Source: Candidatus Aenigmatarchaeota archaeon (GTDB lineage Archaea; Aenigmatarchaeota; Aenigmatarchaeia; QMZS01). From it: a stretch of DNA of 47,955 nucleotides. The stretch spans positions 1 to 47,955 of the forward strand of contig JAUVLW010000004.1 in the NCBI GenBank assembly GCA_030600555.1. Direction: 5' to 3'. Position numbers and translations under genes: made by a program. Below, piece by piece: positions 17,965 through 27,978 of the stretch. The notes below the pieces were generated by a model, which made no database searches, was not told where the DNA came from, and saw nothing but the letters and a program-made list of their open reading frames with translations. How positions within the stretch are numbered: the stretch's first letter is position 1; each line of letters begins with the position of its first letter.

Positions 17965-19491
17965 TTAAACAACAACCTTCCTCGCAATCCCAACAATCTT
18001 GTCAAAGTCTTTCCGGTTTGGTTTATACTTTGCGAATTCAACAAGACTGCACATACCCAGACATTTCTGCACATCCAGATATTTTCCATTTTTTTTCTTC
18101 CTCATCAGTTTTAGCAAATCTGTGTTTGTGATTTCTTTTTTAGTTCCTAATTTGTAAGAGAAATAAAATCTTACTCCCCGAGAAACTTTCTCATAGGCAT
18201 CTTTTTCTTTCTTATCCCCAAACAATTTTTCAGCCTCAACAATCATTTTTTTTGCTTCTTTTTTGTAATCAACGGGTTTGTTTAGGTTTATTTCAGCAAT
18301 TTCTGTTTGCGGGTTAACAACTCTAAAATATTTATTGTAAATAACCCAACCAACAATGCAAGCCAACAAAATCAGCAACACCCACCACAGATTATTTGAA
18401 CTTTCTTCGTCCTTTTTTTCTGATAAACTTACTTTTTCAATTTCCCCGTCAATATATTCAGCAGTGATATTCATGGATTTTCCTTCGCTGTTATTGTAAG
18501 GAATGGTTATTTCCGTGTGGTTCTGGGTTAATTGATTAAATTGAGGTTGCGTGTTATTAAATCTTTTTAACTGTTCTTCATTGAATTTCTGAAACTCTTT
18601 GTTCTCCCCAAGTTTTTGCATCATTTCCTGTTTATCTTCTTCAGTCAGAGACCTGAGATTCTCCATAGTCCCGTTCTTCATCTCGCCTTTCAAAGAAGCT
18701 TTTTCACCTCCAGGCTTGCTGTAATTAAATTCAAATTTACCTGAATCATTTGCTGAGGGGTCAAGAGAAGTTTCTTCAGGAGTGTACCCTTTATCCATCA
18801 TTTCCTGATGTTTTTCCTGAAGTTCAGAATTATTCTCAAGATTCTTTTTGAATTCTTCCTCCATTTGTTTTTGTTCCTGAACCTGTTTATCCATCTGTTG
18901 TTTCAGGGCCTTTGTGTCCTGATTCATCTGGTTGTTCTGAATTTTACTGCTCGCGGGATGTTGTTGAGGTTCCTGGGGTTCTTGTTGTGGTTGTTCCTGA
19001 GATTGTTGCTCTGATTTCTCAGAAGAACTTTGCATAGGATCTTCCTCATTTTTTTGCTGATTCTGATTTTCCACAAAATAGATTAAAAATTCATCAAGTT
19101 CAATTGTCACAGGAACTTTTTCATTGTAATTAAATTCCAGTTTTACCCTTAAAGTTGTTGGTTGATCAGAAGTTCCAAAAGCAAAATTTGCTTTACTATA
19201 TCCATTTTCCACAACGAATGATTTTGATTGTGAATGAACTTTTGAACTATAGAAACCGCCCTGATTAATTTCCTGCGTAATTGTATAAGTTAATTGTCCT
19301 TTAATTCGTTTCCCGTAAGTGTTGTTTTCATCCATTTCAATTATCGCATCCTGACCAATAAGAAAATAATATTCTGTTTGGTTTAATGAAAAAACAATAT
19401 CTTCCGCAAAAACAATATTTGTTCCGGTAAACATTAAACTAAGTGCCAAGGCAAAAATCAATCTTCCCAGTAACCCGCAATTTATATTCAT
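17965..19491 (-). CDS. Secreted/membrane protein with Gln-rich linker (last gene of the MoxR-vWA operon)
   Basis: Signal peptide, Q/E/P-rich region, TM helix (NLWWVLLIL), C-terminal LVEFAKY.P motif. Confidence 0.75.
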   Translation of the reverse strand: MNINCGLLGRLIFALALSLMFTGTNIVFAEDIVFSLNQTEYYFLIGQDAIIEMDENNTYGKRIKGQLTYTITQEINQGGFYSSKVHSQSKSFVVENGYSKANFAFGTSDQPTTLRVKLEFNYNEKVPVTIELDEFLIYFVENQNQQKNEEDPMQSSSEKSEQQSQEQPQQEPQEPQQHPASSKIQNNQMNQDTKALKQQMDKQVQEQKQMEEEFKKNLENNSELQEKHQEMMDKGYTPEETSLDPSANDSGKFEFNYSKPGGEKASLKGEMKNGTMENLRSLTEEDKQEMMQKLGENKEFQKFNEEQLKRFNNTQPQFNQLTQNHTEITIPYNNSEGKSMNITAEYIDGEIEKVSLSEKKDEESSNNLWWVLLILLACIVGWVIYNKYFRVVNPQTEIAEINLNKPVDYKKEAKKMIVEAEKLFGDKKEKDAYEKVSRGVRFYFSYKLGTKKEITNTDLLKLMRKKKNGKYLDVQKCLGMCSLVEFAKYKPNRKDFDKIVGIARKVVV

Positions 19492-19497
19492 TTTAAT

Positions 19498-20448
19498 TTA
19501 AACAACAATCCGATACCTCCCGTAAATAATATAAATATTTATCAGCAACACAATCAAAGCAAACACAAAAAACCAATCCTTAATGCTTGTGTTCTCCCAC
19601 TCCCTTTTTATATTCTCGCTGATATTTTCATAAACTTCATCCAGGGTATTTTGGTCAACGGATTTGTAATATTTCCCTCCGGTTTCAGAAGCAATATTTT
19701 TCAGGGTTCCTTCATCAAGTTCAGCGTACTGAGGTCTTCCAAAATAATCATAACCAAGTATTGTTGGTTCTTCAGAACCCATTCCAATGGTGTGGACCTG
19801 AATATCGTTTACTTTCGCAAATTCAATTGCTTCCGCAGGACTCACAACCCCTGCATTATTCACTCCATCGCTTAATAAGATTACAACTTTTTTCTTGTTT
19901 GGTATGGAAATCGCCATATCAATCCCCAAACCCAAACCATCGCCTATTGCGGTTTTACCCTGTCTCTGTTCAATTAATTTTAATTTTTCAACTGCAAGGT
20001 CTTTGAAAGGAGTTAAATAAGCCGCGGTAGTGGCTCCTGATTCAAATATTATAATACCAATATTATCTTTTGGTTCAAGACTGTTTATCAAAATTTCCGA
20101 AGCTTTTTTAGCGGCTTCCAGTCTTGTTGGTTTATAATCTGCTGCCGCCATGCTTCCTGAGTCATCAATAACAAGGACCACATTCACCCCTTCTTTTTCG
20201 GTTTTCAGAGGGATTGTTGGGTCTGCCAAACCAATAATTATTGAAGCTACTGCAATCAGGAGAAGAATAAATGGCAGGTGCGCACGCAGGTTTATTTTTT
20301 TATAACCTGCATTTTTTATAATTCCCAGAGAACTAAATTTGATTGAACTTCTTTTTTTCTTTTCGTTGTAGATTTTGTAAAAGTAAATAATCAAAGGGAC
20401 AACTAATAAAAAAATTAATATCCAGGGTTCTCCAAATTCAAATCCCAT
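19498..20448 (-). CDS. BatA-like von Willebrand factor A domain membrane protein
   Basis: F.EPW.L..L N-terminus, MIDAS DDSGS, TAIGD, LLSDG.NN, ASETGGKYY. Confidence 0.92.
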   Translation of the reverse strand: MGFEFGEPWILIFLLVVPLIIYFYKIYNEKKKRSSIKFSSLGIIKNAGYKKINLRAHLPFILLLIAVASIIIGLADPTIPLKTEKEGVNVVLVIDDSGSMAAADYKPTRLEAAKKASEILINSLEPKDNIGIIIFESGATTAAYLTPFKDLAVEKLKLIEQRQGKTAIGDGLGLGIDMAISIPNKKKVVILLSDGVNNAGVVSPAEAIEFAKVNDIQVHTIGMGSEEPTILGYDYFGRPQYAELDEGTLKNIASETGGKYYKSVDQNTLDEVYENISENIKREWENTSIKDWFFVFALIVLLINIYIIYGRYRIVV

Positions 20449-20449
20449 T

Positions 20450-21331
20450 TTATCTCACCATCCTCTTTTTCCTTAACGCGAAGAATTTTCTAAGAGGAGC
20501 ATAAAAAGAATCATCAGTATTTAATTGAATAATATCTATCTTTAACTTTTTCATTTTTCTTAATAATTCATTGTTTATTTTACTGGCTTGAGCTTTGTAA
20601 GTATTCCTGAAATTTTCGTCTGCGGTATTCACAAGAACCTGTTCCCCGGTTTCCTCGTCTTCAAGGAAAATATATCCCAAATTAGGAATCTCTTTTTCTA
20701 TTGAATCAGATAATTTCACAAGTATTACATCATGCCTTTTCTTTAGAAATTTTATGGGTTTCTCAAATGACCCGGAAACATAATCGGATATTATAAAAAT
20801 CACGCTTCTCTTTTTTATTATTTTGCTTAGATGGACTAAAGAATTATTTACGTCAGTTTCCCTGTGTTTTGGTTCATAATAAATTAATTCCCTTAGCATT
20901 GCAAGCAAGTGTTTCTTGCCCTTTCTTGGTCTGAAGAATCTCTCGATTCTATCGGTAAATAAACACATACCCACATTATCATGGTTCTTCAACGCTGAAA
21001 ACATCAATGCCGCGGAGATTTCAAACCCAATTTCTTTCTTTGCTTTTCTGTGACCGAAATTACCGCTTGCCGAGATGTCTGAGACAATATAAATATCAAG
21101 GTCTCTCTCCTCTATAAACTCTTTTACAAAAGGCGAATTATATCTTGCTGTAACTTTCCAGTCAATTGTCCGGATATCATCGCCCGGGATATATTCCCTT
21201 ACTTCGGAAAATTCAATTCCTCTTCCCTTAAAAACTGAATGATAGTTTCCGCACATGAGACCCTCAACCAATTTATTTGTTTTTATTTCGAGTTTTTTTA
21301 CCTTTCCAATTATCTCTTTTACTTTAGGCAT
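20450..21331 (-). CDS. DUF58 family protein
   Basis: G.YHS.FKGRG.EF.EVREY.PGDD.R.IDW.VTAR. Confidence 0.93.
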   Translation of the reverse strand: MPKVKEIIGKVKKLEIKTNKLVEGLMCGNYHSVFKGRGIEFSEVREYIPGDDIRTIDWKVTARYNSPFVKEFIEERDLDIYIVSDISASGNFGHRKAKKEIGFEISAALMFSALKNHDNVGMCLFTDRIERFFRPRKGKKHLLAMLRELIYYEPKHRETDVNNSLVHLSKIIKKRSVIFIISDYVSGSFEKPIKFLKKRHDVILVKLSDSIEKEIPNLGYIFLEDEETGEQVLVNTADENFRNTYKAQASKINNELLRKMKKLKIDIIQLNTDDSFYAPLRKFFALRKKRMVR

Positions 21332-21336
21332 TTTAT

Positions 21337-22323
21337 CTAAGGGGTTTCTATTTTTGAAAGAATATCATCGATTATTTTATCTGCCATTATATCTTCTGCC
21401 TCTGCTTCGTAGGTTAATATTATTCTGTGCCTTAAAACATCGTGAGCTATTTCTTTTATATCTTCTGGGATTACATAACCGCGACCGTTTAATAAAGCAT
21501 GAGCTTTTCCCGCTAAAATGAGCCATATTGAGGCTCTTGGAGAAGCCCCATAATCAATCAGTTCTCTTATCTTCAAGCCGTAATCTTCAGGATGTCTTGT
21601 TGCGTCAACAATGCATGCAACATATTCTTCAATTTTCTCATCAACATAAATTTTCCTGTTGAATTCCTGAATCTTGATTAGTTCTTTTGAGTTCATGATG
21701 GGTTTTGTTTTGATTTCAATTCCCTGCGTATTTCTTTGGATAATAATTTTTTCTTCATCTTTCTTTGGGTATTCGATTATTAACTTAAATGTAAATCTAT
21801 CAACCTGAGCTTCAGGAAGTTTGTAAGTTCCTTCGGTTTCAATTGGATTCTGTGTTGCCAAAACAAGGAATGGTTTATCAAGTTTAAAAGTGTTTCCCTG
21901 AATGCTTACCTGTTTTTCCTGCATTGCCTCAAGCAAAGCTGACTGTACTTTTGGAGGAGCTCTGTTAATTTCATCCGCGAGAATAAAGTTGCTGAATATT
22001 GGTCCTTTTTGCGTGTAGAAATTTCCTTTTTTATTGTCATAAATCTGGGTTCCTGTTATGTCCGCGGGGAGCAAATCCGGGGTGAATTGTATCCTGCAAA
22101 AGTTTACATTAAAGGTTTCTGACAAAGTATTTACCATCAGAGTTTTTGCCAGTCCGGGAACTCCTTCAAGAAGAACATGACCGTCCGCTATTAAACAAAT
22201 AATAAGTTTATCAAGAATCTCTTCCTGCCCCACAATAACTTTTTTTACTTCGTCCAACACTGAATTTAATTTCTCTGAGTGAATTTGAGCCTGCGAGTTT
22301 AATTTTTTAATTTCCGAGTTCAT
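21337..22323 (-). CDS. moxR: MoxR family AAA+ ATPase
   Basis: GHVLLEGVPGLAKT, RIQFTPDLLPADITG, LADEINRAPPKVQSALLE, ATQNPIE.EGTY.LPEAQ.DRF. Confidence 0.95.
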   Translation of the reverse strand: MNSEIKKLNSQAQIHSEKLNSVLDEVKKVIVGQEEILDKLIICLIADGHVLLEGVPGLAKTLMVNTLSETFNVNFCRIQFTPDLLPADITGTQIYDNKKGNFYTQKGPIFSNFILADEINRAPPKVQSALLEAMQEKQVSIQGNTFKLDKPFLVLATQNPIETEGTYKLPEAQVDRFTFKLIIEYPKKDEEKIIIQRNTQGIEIKTKPIMNSKELIKIQEFNRKIYVDEKIEEYVACIVDATRHPEDYGLKIRELIDYGASPRASIWLILAGKAHALLNGRGYVIPEDIKEIAHDVLRHRIILTYEAEAEDIMADKIIDDILSKIETP

Positions 22324-23369
22324 AATTATAGGTGTAAAATAATAAATCTATTTCTTTAAGAATAAGTTGCCGGATACAAAACCAATTTACTAAAAATAAA
22401 TAATTAATGTTATGTCTATTTCAAATCCATTGATTTCTATAATTATCCCTACTTTGAACGAAGAAAAGTACATTCTTAATCTGCTTGACTCGATAAAAAA
22501 GCAGACATATAATAATTATGAGATTATCGTCTGCGATTCGCATTCAGAGGATAAAACACCTCAAATAGCAAAATCTTTCGGCTCTGAATTTATTTTGGTA
22601 GATAAAAAAGGTCCGGGACCTGCTAGGAATCAGGGCAGGAAAAAAGCAAAAGGAGAATATTTATTGTTTCTTGACGCAGATGTAATAATTCCGGATGAAG
22701 ATTTTCTTGCAAGACTCATAAAGCATGTAGAGAAAGAGAATCTCGGTCTCGCGAATGTTTTCCAGTTTCTTCATCCGTTTAGTGTAAAAGATATTCCCGC
22801 TAACATTGTAGTGAATATTTATTTCAAACTTTCTTCTTATTTTAGTCCAATAGGCGGCGGGTTTTTCATTCTTGTAAAAAAAGATGTTTTTGATGAAGCC
22901 AATGGTTTTGATGAATCAATAAATGTGGGTGAAGATTCAGATTTCATAAGAAGAACCAGCAAAATATCAAATTACAGCATGCTTAATCAATATATATTTT
23001 ATTCAAATAGAAGATTTGAACTGGAAGGGCGACTGAATCTGTATTCAAAATATATTTATCTGCATTTTGATGAACTGCTTGAACCTGTCCTTGGAAAAAT
23101 TGAATTAGACTATAAATTCGGGCATTATAATCTGAGCAATGAAACCAAAAAATACAATTTTCTTATGGATAGAATAAATTTTATATTTCATGAAAATAAA
23201 AATGACCTTCTTGAGCTTTACCGAAAAAATATTATAAAAATCAAAAACAGTCAGGAAATAACTAAAATTAAAAAACTAAGCAAAAAACTAAAGACTAAAA
23301 TAAAGTTTCCTTCATCGCAATAACTTTTTTCACTTCATCTAACACTGAATTTAATTTCTCTGAATAAAT
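22233..23369. repeat. 52-nt imperfect direct repeat (22233-22284 and 23318-23369); the second copy is a moxR 5' remnant
   Basis: 47/52 identical by manual alignment; the copies encode IHSEKLNSVLDEVKKVI and IYSEKLNSVLDEVKKVI. Confidence 0.85.
22412..23323 (+). CDS. Glycosyltransferase family 2
   Basis: ISIIIPTLNEE, ARNQG, LLFLDAD, GFDE...GED.DF. Confidence 0.92.
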   Translation: MSISNPLISIIIPTLNEEKYILNLLDSIKKQTYNNYEIIVCDSHSEDKTPQIAKSFGSEFILVDKKGPGPARNQGRKKAKGEYLLFLDADVIIPDEDFLARLIKHVEKENLGLANVFQFLHPFSVKDIPANIVVNIYFKLSSYFSPIGGGFFILVKKDVFDEANGFDESINVGEDSDFIRRTSKISNYSMLNQYIFYSNRRFELEGRLNLYSKYIYLHFDELLEPVLGKIELDYKFGHYNLSNETKKYNFLMDRINFIFHENKNDLLELYRKNIIKIKNSQEITKIKKLSKKLKTKIKFPSSQ

Positions 23370-24838
23370 CATTCCAAATAATCACTATCAACTCTTCGAC
23401 CTTTAAATGTCTTTTTTCCATGATAGTTTGCATAAACATCCCCGATAATTTCTTTACTCTGACCAATATATTGAATAGGATCTGTAATATTTCTTAAAGT
23501 ATCTTCAGGTAATAGGTCAGTGATTTCTTTATTTTCCAGCACTATTTCAACAAAAGGTCTTTTGGCATCGTATGCTTCGGTGGCAAGTTTCGCAACTAAA
23601 TCATGAGCGTATTCCCTCGTCATTGGATTTTCGGTTCTTGTCCTGTCTGTCAAATAAGTCATGACTTGTTGGGAAGTCGGGACCCCATAAGAACGTTCTA
23701 CTCTTTCCCTGCATCTGTCTTCAACAGCTTCAAGAACATACAATACTTTTGCAAGATTTCTTATAACATAATCTCCCCATTTGAAAGATTCTTCCAGAGT
23801 TATTCTATCTGTTGCCGAAGCTCTTAAGTCCCTTCCATAATCTAAACCGCAGGAACCCAAAGTTGTCTGCATAACCCCTCTCATGTAATTTGTAAAACCT
23901 TCAGTTTGTTCTTCTCTTCTCGGATTTCCGCCTTTGGCATCTTTGTGAGGCATTGCTGAGGAACCTTTATCTCCCATAGGGAATTTAAAAATACCAACAT
24001 CATCGCTTCTTCCCATCCTGATATAATGAGCAAGGTTTCCTAAAGTTTCTGAACTTCTTGCCAAAGCATAAACGCAATCCGCAATAAATTCTCTCCCCGG
24101 TATCTGAGCCGGAGCCATCATATGACCAACTTCACAAAATCCTTCGCAGTAGAGTTTCTCAAGTTTCTTTCCATTCATTTTTAAAGCAGTTGCGGAATGA
24201 TGATTTCCTGTTGCATCGCCCCATTTTCCTTTTATTGAATTGTTGTAAACATAATCCAAAAATTCCAAATCTGATTGGAGCATTTCCCCATAATGCGCAA
24301 AAGGTCTTCCAAGAACTGTTGGCAAAGCATCGTAAAGATGGGTCGTGTCCATGTGGGGAATGTTCATCCAGTCAACGCTTCTTTCAAGAGTAATATCCCT
24401 TAAATTTTCAAGTGAATCCGCAATCACCTCAATTGATTTTTTGAGTTGCATTGCTTTTGCGGTTTCGGTGGTGTCCGCGCTTGTTCTTCCCTTGTTAATA
24501 TGAGCCGCAGCATTATCACTTACCTGTTCGCCCAAAGCAGTATTTATTGCAATAACATCATGTCCTGTGAGTTCTTCAAGTTCTCTTATCCTGTTTGGGT
24601 TTATTTCTTTAAGATTTGCTTTTAATTTAATTTCTCTTGCATCATTTTCAGGGACACTTTCAGGGTATAAATAACTCATAGCGCCAACAGCATCTGATTG
24701 AGCTCTTAAACAATATTCAAAAGTTTTTTCAGGACCCCAGATATTTATCATTTCTTTGGTCCCGTATCTTCCCGCAACAAGAGTGCAGGGATTGGTGTGT
24801 GAATCTATTCCTGTGGGTTTTGGCTTGGTTTTTACCAT
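23369..24838 (-). CDS. purB: Adenylosuccinate lyase (fumarase/ASL superfamily)
   Basis: RYG..EM..IW, E..T.HDV.A, H..A.PT..G, GATG, GSSAMPHK(DAKGG)NP. Start placed at ATG 24838. Confidence 0.85.
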   Translation of the reverse strand: MVKTKPKPTGIDSHTNPCTLVAGRYGTKEMINIWGPEKTFEYCLRAQSDAVGAMSYLYPESVPENDAREIKLKANLKEINPNRIRELEELTGHDVIAINTALGEQVSDNAAAHINKGRTSADTTETAKAMQLKKSIEVIADSLENLRDITLERSVDWMNIPHMDTTHLYDALPTVLGRPFAHYGEMLQSDLEFLDYVYNNSIKGKWGDATGNHHSATALKMNGKKLEKLYCEGFCEVGHMMAPAQIPGREFIADCVYALARSSETLGNLAHYIRMGRSDDVGIFKFPMGDKGSSAMPHKDAKGGNPRREEQTEGFTNYMRGVMQTTLGSCGLDYGRDLRASATDRITLEESFKWGDYVIRNLAKVLYVLEAVEDRCRERVERSYGVPTSQQVMTYLTDRTRTENPMTREYAHDLVAKLATEAYDAKRPFVEIVLENKEITDLLPEDTLRNITDPIQYIGQSKEIIGDVYANYHGKKTFKGRRVDSDYLE

Positions 24839-24877
24839 AAAATAGTTTAAACAGAAATTTAAGTATTGCAATGAAAA

Positions 24878-25606
24878 TTATTCATAAGATAAAGGAACAG
24901 CCCGATTTTTAAATACATACCTGTCATCTATATAACCACTTCCAGAATTACAACGAATCATCCAAGTAAGTGTATGATTTCCTTCAGGATAACTTATTAT
25001 ATTAATCATGTTTGTAAAAGTCTCTTCAAAACCATATGCATTTCCATATGTTTTCATATCCCAAATTAAATTTCCGTCCAAAAATACATTCAAATAAATA
25101 TAATGGTTAGTCCCTCCAGTATATCCTTTTAAATCAGCCTGAAGTTTTATATCTTTTATATTCTTATTCTTGTCTGCCGGGTCGGTTCTATCAATAATGA
25201 AACTATTATTTCCAACGAATACCCATGCACCGCCAGATATAGCATTAATTCTATTGGAATCATAAAATATTTGTTTATCTATATTATCTCTATCAACAAT
25301 ATAAAAATCAGCGCCTCCAAAACCAGATTCATTTATATTTTTGCAATTATTTCCATTTTCATCACAATATTGAGAAGCCATTATTTTATCATTTACATTC
25401 AAATCACCGGGAATATTCCACTGAGGATTTGCTAAGCCTGAATCATTAAAAGTTCCTGGACCAATCATCCCCGGATGCATTCCAGGGTTTGGATAATTTC
25501 CATAAGGTCCTGTTGAATAAGTTGCGAGAATTGCAGAGCCAATGCAAATTATAAAAGTTAATAAGATTCCGAGAGTAAGTTTCTTGTTTTGTTTGGATTC
25601 TATCAT
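24878..25606 (-). CDS. Secreted surface/fibre-like protein
   Basis: Signal peptide; NPGMHP..IGPGTF and GDLNV...YCDENGNNC motifs; beta-rich C-terminal domain. Start placed at 25606. Confidence 0.65.
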   Translation of the reverse strand: MIESKQNKKLTLGILLTFIICIGSAILATYSTGPYGNYPNPGMHPGMIGPGTFNDSGLANPQWNIPGDLNVNDKIMASQYCDENGNNCKNINESGFGGADFYIVDRDNIDKQIFYDSNRINAISGGAWVFVGNNSFIIDRTDPADKNKNIKDIKLQADLKGYTGGTNHYIYLNVFLDGNLIWDMKTYGNAYGFEETFTNMINIISYPEGNHTLTWMIRCNSGSGYIDDRYVFKNRAVPLSYE

Positions 25607-25652
25607 AATATATATATATAAGTAAAATATAACCAAAACCAGTTTAATATAT

Positions 25653-26570
25653 TCAATCCTCCCACTTATGCTCAGGATTTCTTGGGATTATTATCCACGC
25701 AATTATATACATTAAGATTCCAGCACCCCAGGCAAGACTTCCGAGCACCCAGAGGAGTCTGATTAGCACAGGGTCAACATTTAAGTGTTCTGCAATTCCC
25801 CCGCATACTCCCCCTAAAATTCTTTCTTCTCCAGACCTGTAAATTCTTGGGATTTCTTTTTTGGAGGTTTTTGTTTTAGATATCCTTTTTACCATAATCT
25901 TATTCTTTGTGTTTTTTATTGATTCTTTTGAAAGTATCTTGATTAATAAAATAAAATATCCGAACAGGATAACAAACCAGAATATCCAAAAAAGGTTCTT
26001 CTCTGCATAAAAAGCAAGAGTATAGATTGTTGAAATATTTTCATAAATCCCGATGATTCCAATTATTCGCAGAACAACCCAGGCCCCTATTACAAAACCC
26101 AAGGCATTAAGGATTGGGGAAAATAGTAAATAGATTCTTCTGTGATTCCTCGAAAAATATGAAGTGTATGAAAAGAAAATGAATATAAGAAAAAACAAAC
26201 CTAAATTTGCAAGAAAAAATAAATGTATTCCTGAGAGAATATTATTCTTCATATAAAAATTCATAAATCCCAATGTCCAGACACATAAAACAAGGAATAA
26301 TAACCCAAATATTCCTGAGATTAAAGGACCTGCCCACCCAAGAGTTTTATTAAACCAGCATTCTGTTCTTTCGCATTTTCTGTCTGCGTTTTTTTCAAAT
26401 TTTCTTCCAAGTGTATGAATTTCCTTACCAAAGTGTTTTATGTTGCGTTCTAAAGGTTGTGTTTTCTTTTTGGGAATATTATTATTCTTAATGTTTTTTG
26501 TTTTCTTATTTGAGATTTTTTTCTCAGGGGATTTTTTGGTTTTCACATTAACTGATTTTTTCTTAGGCAT
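25653..26570 (-). CDS. Membrane protein with C-terminal PspC domain
   Basis: RIYRSGEERILGGVCGGIAEHLNVDPVLIRLLWV...YIIAWIIIP; four upstream TM helices. Confidence 0.88.
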   Translation of the reverse strand: MPKKKSVNVKTKKSPEKKISNKKTKNIKNNNIPKKKTQPLERNIKHFGKEIHTLGRKFEKNADRKCERTECWFNKTLGWAGPLISGIFGLLFLVLCVWTLGFMNFYMKNNILSGIHLFFLANLGLFFLIFIFFSYTSYFSRNHRRIYLLFSPILNALGFVIGAWVVLRIIGIIGIYENISTIYTLAFYAEKNLFWIFWFVILFGYFILLIKILSKESIKNTKNKIMVKRISKTKTSKKEIPRIYRSGEERILGGVCGGIAEHLNVDPVLIRLLWVLGSLAWGAGILMYIIAWIIIPRNPEHKWED

Positions 26571-26593
26571 AATATATTAAATATATTCGTTTA

Positions 26594-27169
26594 TTATTCT
26601 ATAACCCCTCTATTTTTTAATTCAAAAAAACATTCAGCGCAGGCAGTTGTGTCTATCATGGCATCGTGTCCGTTCAATAATGGTTTGTGGAATAACACGC
26701 TGTGAAGTTCTGATAAATTAGGCCATTTATATTTCCGGTATCTGCAGGGTATTTTGCAATAATCCATTGAAGATTTCATAGTGCAGATTTTAGGGATTTC
26801 CAAAAGATTGGTTGCGATATTGTTTCTCAATAATTCAGCCCCGACAATTTTTTCATCAAAACTAATATTGTGGGCAACCAAAGTTTTTGAGCTATTCAGA
26901 GCTTCTGAAAATTCCAGCAATACTTCTTTTAAATCAGACCCTTCATTAACAGCCATCTCATGAGTTATTCCGTGAATTTTTGAGACTCTTTCAGGTATCA
27001 TAAATCCCTGCGGTTTTATTACGTAAGTCTTTCCCAGCAATTTCTCTCCTGAATTATTATATTGCAACCAGGCAATTTGCACCATTCTTGGCCAGTTATC
27101 CAGTTCTGAAATTGGGGCTTTATAATCTTTTGGCAAGCCCGTGGTCTCTGTATCAAAAAATAAGTACAT
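26594..27169 (-). CDS. DnaQ-like (DEDDh) 3'-5' exonuclease
   Basis: FFDTETTG, IHGIT, VAHN.SFD, HDA..D. Confidence 0.92.
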   Translation of the reverse strand: MYLFFDTETTGLPKDYKAPISELDNWPRMVQIAWLQYNNSGEKLLGKTYVIKPQGFMIPERVSKIHGITHEMAVNEGSDLKEVLLEFSEALNSSKTLVAHNISFDEKIVGAELLRNNIATNLLEIPKICTMKSSMDYCKIPCRYRKYKWPNLSELHSVLFHKPLLNGHDAMIDTTACAECFFELKNRGVIE

Positions 27170-27239
27170 AATCTACCATCAATTATTTTTATTAAGTCAG
27201 GTATTAATTTTTTATTAAACCAATTTTAACAATTATAAA

Positions 27240-27818
27240 TCACCACCGGTTTATCTTAATTATGTTTGTCTCAACCGCTCTTTTGTACAACCCATCAACA
27301 ACTTCTAGATTGTTTGAAAGATGTGATTTTATTTTATCAAGGTCTTTGTTATAGTATAATTTTGCAATATCTTTTCCTTCGATTTCTGTGGTTTCGAGTT
27401 TTAGCAGGGAAGCGTATTCTTTAAGTTTCCCCCGGGTTTTTCCATATCTGTAAGCGTTTATTTTATCTCTCAAATCAATTATTTGTTTCAGGGAAAAAGG
27501 CGATATAATATTTCCATTAATGAAACTTCTTGTTGCGATAAAAGGTATGTCAAAATTTGAAATGTTGAATCCGATTATTGAATTATAGGAATTTCCTTTT
27601 GTAATTAAATTCCATTCAAACCAGAATTTATCAATAATCTCTTTTTCATTTTCCCCGCAGAATATTTTATTTTCCCCCTGACACCGCATCCCAAGAGCGA
27701 TTATTTTCGAGTCAATTGGGTTTAATAATTCCTTTTTTGAATCCTCGTCCAAATTTATATATTTCTCAATTTCGATTGGGACGGTTTCTATTGATACGAT
27801 AATATAAGGGTTTGCCAT
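27240..27818 (-). CDS. PolB-type/RNase H-like exonuclease-fold protein with a degenerate active site
   Basis: VSIET (ExoI, D to S), GFN..NFDIPF (ExoII), H...N in place of Y...D (ExoIII). Confidence 0.75.
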   Translation of the reverse strand: MANPYIIVSIETVPIEIEKYINLDEDSKKELLNPIDSKIIALGMRCQGENKIFCGENEKEIIDKFWFEWNLITKGNSYNSIIGFNISNFDIPFIATRSFINGNIISPFSLKQIIDLRDKINAYRYGKTRGKLKEYASLLKLETTEIEGKDIAKLYYNKDLDKIKSHLSNNLEVVDGLYKRAVETNIIKINRW

Positions 27819-27880
27819 AATTAATTATAAAACTATTTGGGTTATTAATATGCCCCTGCCGGGAATTTCATATACCCCAA

Positions 27881-27978
27881 AATTACTTTTTGGGGTGCAG
27901 AACTTGTTTTTTCAAAGAAAAAACATATGTTTTACTTTCCGTAGAACATCCTTTTCGACAATTGTATCGAAAAGGGTT
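27881..27978 (-). repeat. tRNA intron family A, copy 2 (in the Glu 59/60 intron)
   Basis: Same element as 10712-10811 in the transcript sense. Confidence 0.92.
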
